A stretch of 64,000 nt of DNA from NCBI GenBank assembly GCA_963675295.2, contig CAXXKJ010000002.1, forward strand, positions 1,824,001 to 1,888,000, in the 5' to 3' direction. Within the stretch, counting starts at the first letter, position 1, and each line of letters opens with the position of its first letter. Origin of the DNA: a bacterium. GTDB taxonomy: Bacteria; Electryoneota; Electryoneia; Electryoneales; Electryoneaceae. Shown piece after piece: positions 18,730-27,438 of the stretch. The notes under the pieces were generated by a model, which was given only the letters and a program-made list of their open reading frames with translations, made no database searches and had not been told where the DNA came from. Made by a program: the position numbers and the translations under genes.

Positions 18730-19359
18730 GTGAGAGTCGAGGGCCTCGCGGCCGATTTGCGTGCGTTGCTTGAGAACAGAACCGGCGATGTGATCACCCT
18801 CGGCACGATCATCCAGTCGTTGGGGACACGTGGCTTCGGCGTGCTGCTGTTCATCCTCAGCCTGCCGAGCGCGTTACCGGTGCCCGCACCGGGCTACAGC
18901 ACCCCGTTTGGCCTGCTCATCTCCGGTCTCGCGATCCAGATGATGATCGGCCGTCAGACTCCAGTCCTGCCGCAATGGGCGTTAAAACGTTCGATCAGTT
19001 ACGACGCCGCGGAGAAGATCTTCGGCGCGGGCATCAAGTTCCTGCATAAGACCGAGGCGCTGGTCCGTCCCCGCATGGGGTGGATGGGCAGCAGGTTCGG
19101 CAAGGCGGCGATCAGCATCCTGGTGCTGGTGATGGCGGTGCTGATGATTCTGCCGATTCCGTTGACGAACACGATTCCCGCAGCGGTGATCTTCATGATC
19201 GGGATCGGGCTGACCGAACGGGACGGCCTGATCATCATCCTCAGCGCGATCGGTGGTTGGATCGCAGTGGCACTGTATGCGGCGGTGATATACCTGGTCT
19301 ACGTGCTAGGCACCACGTCCTTCGATCAGATCAAGGACGTGATCACATTCTGGAATTGA
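18730..19359 (+). CDS. Exopolysaccharide synthesis ExoD-family membrane protein
   Basis: LGTRGFGVLLFILSLP.ALPVP, LPIPLTNTIPA, ERDG motifs. Confidence 0.85.
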   Translation: MRVEGLAADLRALLENRTGDVITLGTIIQSLGTRGFGVLLFILSLPSALPVPAPGYSTPFGLLISGLAIQMMIGRQTPVLPQWALKRSISYDAAEKIFGAGIKFLHKTEALVRPRMGWMGSRFGKAAISILVLVMAVLMILPIPLTNTIPAAVIFMIGIGLTERDGLIIILSAIGGWIAVALYAAVIYLVYVLGTTSFDQIKDVITFWN

Positions 19360-21354
19360 TCACGACGCTACCAGCTGCTCGCGTTTGACGTGTACCAGTT
19401 TCCGCGTCACGCGTTCTGTTCCCGCACGCAACACAACGACATACACGCCGGCGTCCACCTGCGGTTGCCACGCGAAGCTGTGCTCACCGGCTTCAAGCTG
19501 CCCACTCTGCACCGTCGACACCACTTCACCGGCCAAGTTGACCACCTCGATACTCACCGTTTCCGGCCTCGGGATCGCCGCAACAATCCGCACCATCTCC
19601 TCACACGGGTTCGGGTAGAGCTGACTGATCTGCAGTTCGGCGGGTGAATCTTCACCGTCCGGCTGGGCGGTGTCGGTCAGCATCAACGCCCGCGTCTCAG
19701 ACGAAGCCTGCAAACCGAAAATGTCCTCGACCGCGACCCGCCAGCGGTAGACGGTTTCCCAGTCAAGGCCGCTGACGGTGGCGGAGGTGTCCGTTCCGGC
19801 GGACCATGTCAACGGGTTCGTGAACGACGCATCCCGCGACAGCTCGAGCGTATAGCGCAACGTATCGATCGGAGTGGCGTCTTCGGCGGCCCGCCAGGTG
19901 AAGGTGAGGCTGCTGTCGGCGCTGAACACGCCGTCGCCTGGCGTGCACAATGCGAACGGTTCCGGAGCCCGCAGCCAGCGGTTGGTGAAGGGTTCGGTCG
20001 CGAACGGTTCGACTTCAACCTCGGCCATCACCGCGTCGCCCAGCCCTTCCGGATTGGCGGTCTCGTGCTTTGGGCCGGACGGGTCGCCCCAGTAATTGTT
20101 GCTTACAGTCAGTTGGCCCTGTAGCTCGGGATTCAATCCAGCGGCGTATGGTGTGTTCCCGTAAAAGTCGTTTTCGTAGGCAGTCAGTAAGCCTTCGTTG
20201 CAGGCGGAAATCGCACCGTAGCTGTAATCCACACCGGGTGTGTATTCGGAATTCTCGTAGAACAGGTTGCGGTAAATACGGGCGTGCATACCCTGGTTCG
20301 CGTTGGCGTATTGCGTCGCGAGGGCGTAATGCACATTGCCCTGGTTGCGCAGCAGGAGGTTGTCATGGAAGTCAACGTCCGACGAAAACACCGCGACACC
20401 GCCCTTGTTCATCGCGAGATTGTGGTGAAATTCGTTGCCGGAGATGTCCACCGACTCGCTTTCCGGCCCAATGTACAATGCGCCAGCCATTGGTAGTTGG
20501 GTCTCGTCCAGCGCCGCCATGTTGTGCCGGAACAGGTTCCCAGTGATCCTGAGCGTGTCAATGCCGAGCGTGTAGATCGCGCCGCCGATCAGGGACACAT
20601 TGTCAACGAATGCGTTGTGGTCAAGGTGCAGTGATTCGACGCTGCCCTCCGTGGTTCCGGCGTAGATCGCGCCCGCGCCGGACATGGCGTAGTTGCCCAG
20701 GAAGATATTGTTGCGTGCAATCCCCGAGCACTGGGACAATACCAGCGCGCCGGCGTAGTAGTCGGACAGGTTGCGCACAAAACGATTGTGCGACACGTCG
20801 AGGTCAATGTTGTAGAACGTAACCGCGCCGCCAAAAACCTCGCAGCTGTTGTCGCTGAAGGTGTTGGCGTGCAGCCTGGCGTGACCGTCCTTGACGAACA
20901 GGCAGGATCCGTACGGCGCGTGATTGCCGCTGAAGGTGCAGTGTTCGACGGTCAGGTCGAGGTTCTCTCCGTACACGATGCCGCCGTTGTCCACGCCGCT
21001 GCTGTCGGTCAGGTTCACGTCCTGGAAGGTCAAGCCAATGAGGGTGAACGTGACCTGTTCCGTGTTTTCGAACGTGAACAGCCGAGCGCCTTCCTCTGGC
21101 AGCAGGATGGTGCTCTGGACAAACGCGCTGTCCGGGTCGAACAGGTATTCGCTGGCGATCGTCAGGTCCTTGTCGCCGAGGGTGAGCGACGTCTGGTACA
21201 CGCCGTCGTACAGCAGCAGCGTGTCACCGGATTCGCATTGCTGATACGCATGGTCCAACGTCGGCGCATCACCTGGAATGGAGAAGATTCCACAAAAAGC
21301 GATCGTGGGAAGAGACAAGGTCAGTAGCAGAAGCAGCAGGCGTACGGTTTTCAC
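19360..21354 (-). CDS. Secreted right-handed beta-helix protein with an FN3-like domain and T9SS-like CTD
   Basis: Signal peptide from GTG 21354; GGAI/FxxN repeats; NNYWGDPSGP; FTW..A.D...Y...YRWRV; LYPNP...GVY...RKLVHVK. Confidence 0.8.
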   Translation of the reverse strand: MKTVRLLLLLLTLSLPTIAFCGIFSIPGDAPTLDHAYQQCESGDTLLLYDGVYQTSLTLGDKDLTIASEYLFDPDSAFVQSTILLPEEGARLFTFENTEQVTFTLIGLTFQDVNLTDSSGVDNGGIVYGENLDLTVEHCTFSGNHAPYGSCLFVKDGHARLHANTFSDNSCEVFGGAVTFYNIDLDVSHNRFVRNLSDYYAGALVLSQCSGIARNNIFLGNYAMSGAGAIYAGTTEGSVESLHLDHNAFVDNVSLIGGAIYTLGIDTLRITGNLFRHNMAALDETQLPMAGALYIGPESESVDISGNEFHHNLAMNKGGVAVFSSDVDFHDNLLLRNQGNVHYALATQYANANQGMHARIYRNLFYENSEYTPGVDYSYGAISACNEGLLTAYENDFYGNTPYAAGLNPELQGQLTVSNNYWGDPSGPKHETANPEGLGDAVMAEVEVEPFATEPFTNRWLRAPEPFALCTPGDGVFSADSSLTFTWRAAEDATPIDTLRYTLELSRDASFTNPLTWSAGTDTSATVSGLDWETVYRWRVAVEDIFGLQASSETRALMLTDTAQPDGEDSPAELQISQLYPNPCEEMVRIVAAIPRPETVSIEVVNLAGEVVSTVQSGQLEAGEHSFAWQPQVDAGVYVVVLRAGTERVTRKLVHVKREQLVAS

Positions 21355-21412
21355 AGTCGATCTCACAGGTGTCAGGGACAGTCCACGAGTCTTCGAATGA
21401 TGCAAGGAACAA

Positions 21413-21444
21413 CCGACGGGCCAGGCGAACGCCTGGCCCATCGG
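21413..21444 (-). terminator. Strong hairpin between the small paralog and the large CTD gene
   Basis: CCGACGGGCCAGGC-GAAC-GCCTGGCCCATCGG; only a weak U tract on the - strand. Confidence 0.6.
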
Positions 21445-21463
21445 CAATACTTATACCAGCACC

Positions 21464-21832
21464 TTACCACGCAAACACAAAGTCCGAATAGCCGGTTGGC
21501 GTGAATGAATTGCCGAGCGACCAGTGCAACGTGGCGGTGTTGAGCAGGATGACACCGCGCTGGTCACTGCGCTGGCCATAGCTGAGATCCGCCGCGTGAT
21601 AGTAGTAGCTGGCGTTGTTGTACGTAACCAGCGTCGTGTGCGGAATCGGCACAATCACCGGCACCCAGCACAGCATCTTCGACTGGCAGTTTCCATCCGG
21701 ACCGAGGTTCATGATCGGCTGACGGACGTAGTCACCCGGTTGCAACTGGCCTTCCCAGACCGTGGCAACAGCGAGGCCGGTCATCGACACAACCACCAGA
21801 ACAATGAGACCCAGCAGCAGAGTGCGTTTCAT
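21464..21832 (-). CDS. Small secreted hypothetical protein (ATLxW family, paralog B)
   Basis: MKRTLLLG signal peptide; mature TVWEGQLQPGDYV...C.SKM.C...TATLHW...GYSDFVFAW; AGGGAG RBS. Confidence 0.8.
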   Translation of the reverse strand: MKRTLLLGLIVLVVVSMTGLAVATVWEGQLQPGDYVRQPIMNLGPDGNCQSKMLCWVPVIVPIPHTTLVTYNNASYYYHAADLSYGQRSDQRGVILLNTATLHWSLGNSFTPTGYSDFVFAW

Positions 21833-21884
21833 GCTTCTTCTCCCTTTGTAAATGGGGTACCCGCCACAGTGAAGCGGGTGTTGG

Positions 21885-21929
21885 AAAAATCCGGACGGCG
21901 GGCGACGAAACGGTCGTGCCGCCTTCCGG
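21885..21929 (-). terminator. Terminator-like hairpin between the small paralogs
   Basis: CCGGA-CGGC...GCCG-CC-TTCCGG stem preceded by AAAAA on + (U-run on -). Confidence 0.55.
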
Positions 21930-21946
21930 GCGAACAACTGCGAGGA

Positions 21947-22309
21947 TTACCAGACAAACACGAACACCGAGTACCCGTTGGTGACCGCAGTGCCGACACG
22001 CCAGTGCAGGGTGGCGGTGCCGTAGTTGATACTGCCGCTCGAGTACGAGGTCTGGTTGTACATCAGGTCAGCGGAGTGGAGATACTCCAGCGACATACCA
22101 TGGGTGACCCAGGTCTGGTGCGGAATCGGGTTCATTGTCGGGATCATGCAGGTCATCTTCGACTTGCACTGAACATCGTTGACGTTGGAGATCGGTGTGG
22201 TGACATAGTCACCCGGATCCAGAATCCCCTGCCACACGGTGGCCGATGCGATGCCGGACATGGCCAGCAACAACAGGCCAACCATCCCCCATACCAAATA
22301 GCGCTTCAT
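21947..22309 (-). CDS. Small secreted hypothetical protein (ATLxW family, paralog A)
   Basis: MKRYLVWG signal peptide; mature TVWQGILDPGDYV...C.SKM.C...TATLHW...GYSVFVFVW; AAGGAGG RBS. Confidence 0.8.
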   Translation of the reverse strand: MKRYLVWGMVGLLLLAMSGIASATVWQGILDPGDYVTTPISNVNDVQCKSKMTCMIPTMNPIPHQTWVTHGMSLEYLHSADLMYNQTSYSSGSINYGTATLHWRVGTAVTNGYSVFVFVW

Positions 22310-22878
22310 CTCTGTTCCTCCTTTGTGCGTACATGTCCCGCCTCCCCCGGCGGAACGATCATGAACGAGCACTTATAAAAGTGTAAATAAGCATAAAAGA
22401 GTGATTAACTTTTATTTTTAAAGAATCTGCAATCTGGAACCTGTTGGAAAGCTGTGCGAGGGAGAGGTGCTGGAAGAAACGTGTTTTAGAAAATTTAGTA
22501 TGCGCTAACCCCAAAAGCTGAGCGTTTCCTAAAAACACAAATATTTGTCTATCACAGTATACTACGACTGCGGTTAACTGTCAACACTAGTGTTGTATGA
22601 GTGGCCAAATCGGTTGAATTTTTTGGGGTTCGACTTTCTACTGATAATAACAGTATCATTGTCTTCTCCGCTGACAATGCGGCTTTCAAATCAACAATAT
22701 GGAATCAATATTTACAGATTTACGATATTTAGTAAGCTCTCAGAGGTAAAACGTCGGCTTTTTTGGTAGTCAGTTCATCCGGTTGGTAAGAAACAGGTTA
22801 GACTTCACGACTAACATTTTGTAAATAGAATAGACAAAAAAGACAAATGGTTGTTGTGAAGCTGGTGTTTCGGGGCAG

Positions 22879-22916
22879 AAAAAAACCGGGACAGCTCGAT
22901 TGAGCTATCCCGGTTT
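22879..22916 (-). terminator. Rho-independent terminator of the 22970-25300 gene
   Basis: A7-CCGGGACAGCTC-GATT-GAGCTATCCCGG; a second hairpin follows at about 22933-22960. Confidence 0.75.
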
Positions 22917-22969
22917 GGGTTGTGTTTCTGTGATCCGAAACCGGTTGGGTTTCGGATTTTTTGTACGGT

Positions 22970-25300
22970 TTACTTCATCAGGGTGACCTTCTGGATCGCA
23001 TTCATCTGACCCGGAACCTGCGCCTGGATGAAGTACACACCGCTGGACAGGTTGGCACCGTTGAAGGTGAAGTTGTGCACGCCTGCGCTGGTGCGGTTGT
23101 TCGCCAGCTCAGCAACCTGCTGACCCATCACGTTGAACACGCGGACGTTCAGGTCGGCCGCTTCCGGCAGCGAGACGCTGAAGTTGGCGGTCGGGTTGAA
23201 CGGGTTCGGATAGGCTTGGCCGAGTTCGAACTCGGTCGGAACGACAGACGCTTCCGCGTCGTCAGCCGCGATCGCGGTACCGACGAGAACCGGCTTGCTG
23301 CCTGTCAGGTTCGCATTACCCGTCGAAGCGACGCCAGCGGCGGCCTTGTTGAACGGCTCACTGTCGTTGAACAGCGAGAAGTTCGGGAACACGCCGAGGT
23401 TAATGGTCAGCATGTAATCGCCGGCCGGAGCGAACGCCGGAACGTCAACAACCATGCCTTCACCAACCGCGTAACCCGGCAGGAAGGTGTAGTTGTAGTT
23501 CCAGATGTTGTAGTTGGAACTGTTCGGCAGCGTGGCAGACAACCACAGGCTGGCGGTCCGGACCATGCCGGTGTTGTTCTCTAGGAACAGGTTGTAGACA
23601 ATCTGGCCACCTTCAGCCGGCACGTCAGCGCCGCTGATGATGGTGATGTCGGTCGAAGCCTGCGGCGGAGCGACAGCCGTCACATCCCAGCCCTGCACAT
23701 AGTCGAAGCAGACGCCGTAGTAGCTGACGACGGTCGAGGCGATGTGCTGGAAACCAAACACGACGGTTTCGTTCGCGTACGCGCTCAGGTCATACGTAAC
23801 CTGCGCCCACTCTTCCTGACCCGGTGTCGGCGGAGTTTCGTCGTTATAGAACACTTCCTGATCGGTGAAGCCGGTGTAGGTGCAGAAACCGGAATAGCCG
23901 ATGTCCGGCTGCAGGGTGGTCCAGGTATCGCCACCGTCGAGGGAGATGTTGAAGTTGTAGCCGTCGTAGTCATCGTTGTAGTCGAACCAGTGATAGTAGC
24001 TGATCACCGGCGAGTCACCCAGCTCAAAGTAGCCGGAGGTGAGCCAACGGTTGCCACCGGTATCGGTGTGAATACCGTCGAGGTTGGTCGCCCAGGCGTT
24101 GGTACCTTCAAACGCGGCACCCGGACCTTCGTGAGCACCACCGTAGTTGACCGGTTCGCCCCATTCCCATTCGCCGTTACCATCATCGAAGAACGGATCG
24201 CCGTTGACTTCAAAGCTGTTGAGGTAGTCCGGCGGCGGAATCATCTCAAGCGTGACGTCCTGCGTGTTGGCGCCAACCGCGAGGGTCACGTCGCCACTGT
24301 ACGGGAAGTATCCCAGCAAGCTGACTTCCAGCGTGTTGGTCGTGCCGCTGTACAGGTTGTCAAACGAGTAGTAACCGAAGTCGTCGGTAGTCGTGGAGTA
24401 GATACCGTAGGTCACGTCCGCACCAACGATCGGGTCGCCGGAACCGAGTTCGGTGACCGTACCGTCAAGGCTCGCATCCGGGGTCAACTGCTCGAACTGA
24501 ATCGCGAGCTGGTTGAACGGATAGTCAGCCGGATCGGCGTTGTAGCTGGCCTGGAGCGCGACCACGTTGGGGTCGCCACCGTCGAGGTTCTGGATACCGA
24601 TGGTTTCGCCAGCGATATCAAGGCCGGCATCGATGTCGTCGTACTGAATTTTGATCGTACCATCTTCGAACAGGATGACGTTGACGTCGAGCTGATCGTA
24701 GTCGGTGCCGTATTCTGCGAAGTCATCGCAGTGCAACACGAGCGCCTGCTGCAGACCGATGGTCATCGTTTCGTAGTAGTTGCGGTTCACGTGGCCACCC
24801 TGCGGGTCGCCTGGATCCATGTCGTCCCAGAAGAAGCAAACGGTCGGACCGTGAACGTTGGTGGACGGCAACGCACCGTTGCTGAGGCCGATGGCGGACG
24901 GATAATCGACGAAAGCGATCGCGCCGTCAGAGTGCACCCAGAATTCGGTGTAGGTGTTTCCGTAGAACGGGAAGCTGAAGCCGATCGGGTACGGACCAAC
25001 GTAGTTGGTGTCCCACAGGCTGTCGATCACGGTGCCGGTCGCTGTCAAATCGATCCAGTCAAAGGTTGGACCGCCGGCTTCCTGGCTGTCCATAAAGACA
25101 TAGCCAGCAGCATCCGGACCGCCAAAGTGGTCAATCTGATTCTGACCAGATTCCCACTGGGAATACGCTTCCAGCAGTTGACGCTGGGCATCGGTGGGGT
25201 TGTCAGTATTTTGCGCCCGTTCCAACGCCACTTCGTTAAAAGCGAAGCCGGTAGCCGCAAAAAGTAATACCAGTCCGAAGACCAAAAATGCACGCTTCAT
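22970..25300 (-). CDS. Large secreted surface protein (carboxypeptidase-regulatory-like and jelly-roll domains, Ig-like domain, T9SS-like CTD)
   Basis: Signal peptide; GGPDAAGYVFMDS; GTVT...PIVGA.V...TTD..GYY; GEWEWGEP...WAT; AYPNPFNP...GVYF...VTLMK; GGAGG RBS. Confidence 0.85.
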   Translation of the reverse strand: MKRAFLVFGLVLLFAATGFAFNEVALERAQNTDNPTDAQRQLLEAYSQWESGQNQIDHFGGPDAAGYVFMDSQEAGGPTFDWIDLTATGTVIDSLWDTNYVGPYPIGFSFPFYGNTYTEFWVHSDGAIAFVDYPSAIGLSNGALPSTNVHGPTVCFFWDDMDPGDPQGGHVNRNYYETMTIGLQQALVLHCDDFAEYGTDYDQLDVNVILFEDGTIKIQYDDIDAGLDIAGETIGIQNLDGGDPNVVALQASYNADPADYPFNQLAIQFEQLTPDASLDGTVTELGSGDPIVGADVTYGIYSTTTDDFGYYSFDNLYSGTTNTLEVSLLGYFPYSGDVTLAVGANTQDVTLEMIPPPDYLNSFEVNGDPFFDDGNGEWEWGEPVNYGGAHEGPGAAFEGTNAWATNLDGIHTDTGGNRWLTSGYFELGDSPVISYYHWFDYNDDYDGYNFNISLDGGDTWTTLQPDIGYSGFCTYTGFTDQEVFYNDETPPTPGQEEWAQVTYDLSAYANETVVFGFQHIASTVVSYYGVCFDYVQGWDVTAVAPPQASTDITIISGADVPAEGGQIVYNLFLENNTGMVRTASLWLSATLPNSSNYNIWNYNYTFLPGYAVGEGMVVDVPAFAPAGDYMLTINLGVFPNFSLFNDSEPFNKAAAGVASTGNANLTGSKPVLVGTAIAADDAEASVVPTEFELGQAYPNPFNPTANFSVSLPEAADLNVRVFNVMGQQVAELANNRTSAGVHNFTFNGANLSSGVYFIQAQVPGQMNAIQKVTLMK

Positions 25301-26024
25301 GTGTGACCTCCATAAATGTTTGCGCGCTGTTCTCTTGCCTTCCTGATGGAAAACAAGCCCTGGGATTCAAATGAACGGGTGTCCCGTTCGGTGAAGTTGT
25401 ACACGGGAACCGTCACGCAAGCAGTCTTGTTTTGTGAAGAGTTATCAATGTGCCTGTGTTTTTTGGGGATGAGTCGTGCACAGGCGGGGGTTCGGCTTGA
25501 TATCGAAGCAGTGCATGTAGATCGTGCTGGCAACCGAATATGCTCCTCCAACTCAATTTGAACCAAGCATATGAGTTCAAGGACTGAGTATAAGGGAATC
25601 GGAATAGAAATACCAGTATTTTCATAAAATTGCGAAATTTCTCTTCCGAGCTCCGGAGCCAAATGCTCGTCGCTAATCATCGCATTTCGCGTTTTGTCTA
25701 TTTCAAGTAAGGGAGTGGAGATCGCCCGGTTCAGGTGAGCCAGTCGAGCAATGTGCAATAAATACAACAGTTTAGAACGTAAATAATGTATAAATTCTTG
25801 TGAAAATGCAAGCTGCCATCCGTCATGGTTTCGCTGGGCGATCATTCCACGAAAAAAGTTTAATAAATCGAGCGAGTTACCGAAAATATCTTGAAGATTC
25901 CTATCAGTATTTGCTTTATTACGACAAAAATACCGGAAACACCCAAAGTGCTTCCGGTTGGTCGATTTGCGCCGCAGGGGCGGCCAGTCAGTCTTTCTCG
26001 TCTTCGCTGGACTGCTCGAGAATG

Positions 26025-27155
26025 TCAGGCAGTGTTCCGGCGTTCGAGCAACGTGACCAACTCGGCGTGCGGGGTTTGCGGGAACATGTCGTATGCCTCT
26101 GCTTCTTTGAGTTCATAGCCTTCGAATTGCTCAAGGTCGGCGGTGAAGGTTTTCGGATTGCAGGATACGTACACAATCCGTTTCGCCTCAAGGCGGTTCA
26201 GCTTCCGGATCAGTTTTGGCGCGAGTCCGGAACGGGGGGGATCGATGATAACGGTGTCTGGCGTGGGTCCATCGTAGTGGGCGAGGAAATGGTTGGCGTT
26301 GTCGAGCACGAACTCGACGTTGTCAACGCTGTTGCGTTCGAGGTTCCGCTTCGCCAGCTCAATGTTCTCCGGGACGACTTCCACGCCGAGCACCTTCTCC
26401 GCTTCACGTGAGGCATAGATGCCGATGGTGCCGGTGCCGCAGAAGAGGTCAAAGGTGAAGCCGCGGACGTACGATGCCGCACGCTGATACATCCGGTCGA
26501 CCAGCAGCAGGTTGTTCTGGAAGAAGCAGCCGGGGCTGATTTCGAAGGTGAAATCGCCGATCGCCTGATCGAGGGTTTCCCGTCCCCAGATCTTCTGTAC
26601 CTCGCCATGCGAATCGTCGCCTACCCGTTCCTGCACCGACCACACGACCGATTCCACATGTTCGGCCAGCCGTTCGGCCAATGCCTCGACGCCGGATTCA
26701 CGGCGGAAGGTGACGAGAATGATCATCAGTTGATCGGATGAAAACGCATGCCGGAAGGTGATGTAGCGCAGATCACCACGCTTGGTGACAAGGTTCCAGC
26801 CGCGGATGTTGAGCTCGTCCAGCCACGTGTGCAGATCGGGGAGCAGGTCGCTGACCCGTTGCGGCACGATGTGGCATTCGTTGAGGTCGATGACCGATTT
26901 GCCGTCGCCACGCTTTCGCAGGCCGATCTTGCCGAAGGCGGTGACGTAATCCATCCGGTGACGGTAGCCCCACGGGTCCGGACTCGGCACGATCTCGACC
27001 GTCCGGCCGAGATGCTCTTCGATGACAGATCGTTTCGCGGCAAGCTGTGCCTCGTAGGGAACGTCCTGGAACGAGCACCCGCCACACTCGCCAAAGTGGG
27101 CGCAGCGCGGGGTCGCGGTGCGCGGGAGCAGGTCGTCTGGAATGGATAAGGCCAT
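26025..27155 (-). CDS. rlmD: 23S rRNA (uracil-5)-methyltransferase RlmD/TrmA family (no TRAM domain)
   Basis: CAHFGECGGC [4Fe-4S] motif, FFQNN, DLFCGTG, DPPRSG, YVSCNP, DMFPQTPH. Confidence 0.85.
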   Translation of the reverse strand: MALSIPDDLLPRTATPRCAHFGECGGCSFQDVPYEAQLAAKRSVIEEHLGRTVEIVPSPDPWGYRHRMDYVTAFGKIGLRKRGDGKSVIDLNECHIVPQRVSDLLPDLHTWLDELNIRGWNLVTKRGDLRYITFRHAFSSDQLMIILVTFRRESGVEALAERLAEHVESVVWSVQERVGDDSHGEVQKIWGRETLDQAIGDFTFEISPGCFFQNNLLLVDRMYQRAASYVRGFTFDLFCGTGTIGIYASREAEKVLGVEVVPENIELAKRNLERNSVDNVEFVLDNANHFLAHYDGPTPDTVIIDPPRSGLAPKLIRKLNRLEAKRIVYVSCNPKTFTADLEQFEGYELKEAEAYDMFPQTPHAELVTLLERRNTA

Positions 27156-27166
27156 GTGAACATCAG

Positions 27167-27428
27167 TTGTGAGTGATGAGTTACGAGTTATGAGTCAACC
27201 TGTGACAGTGACAAGATGCGGGAATGAACCCGCCTGATGCGAGTGATGGATCAAGCGGCTCTGATTTGGAGAAAATAACCGGGGACACTTTCTACTGAAC
27301 GTGTCCCCGGCTGATGCCGGCTTACCACGGACTTAAGTCCTTGGTAATTCAGTTTTTACTCACAACTCACAACTCAAAACTCAAAACTCACAGCTCACAG
27401 CTCACAGCTCAGAGCTCAGAGCTCAGAG
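27167..27428. repeat. Composite repeat: degenerate GTTATGA heptamers (27167-95), GGGGACAC palindrome (27279-310), ACCACGGAC palindrome (27322-47), CTCAnnn x10 (27359-428)
   Basis: Read directly from the sequence. Confidence 0.88.
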
Positions 27429-27438
27429 CTGGTGTTGA

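Noticed and set aside
23744-25267. 507-aa antisense ORF (similar ones at 7301-8566, 58327-59634 and 31392-32279)
   Set aside because: Shadow ORFs opposite well-supported genes, expected with high-GC codon bias
25297-26020. AT-rich region with ORFs 25297-25845 and 25800-26411 and small hairpins; possible riboswitch leader
   Set aside because: The ORFs have no recognisable motifs and no riboswitch consensus could be matched by eye; likely promoter/leader DNA
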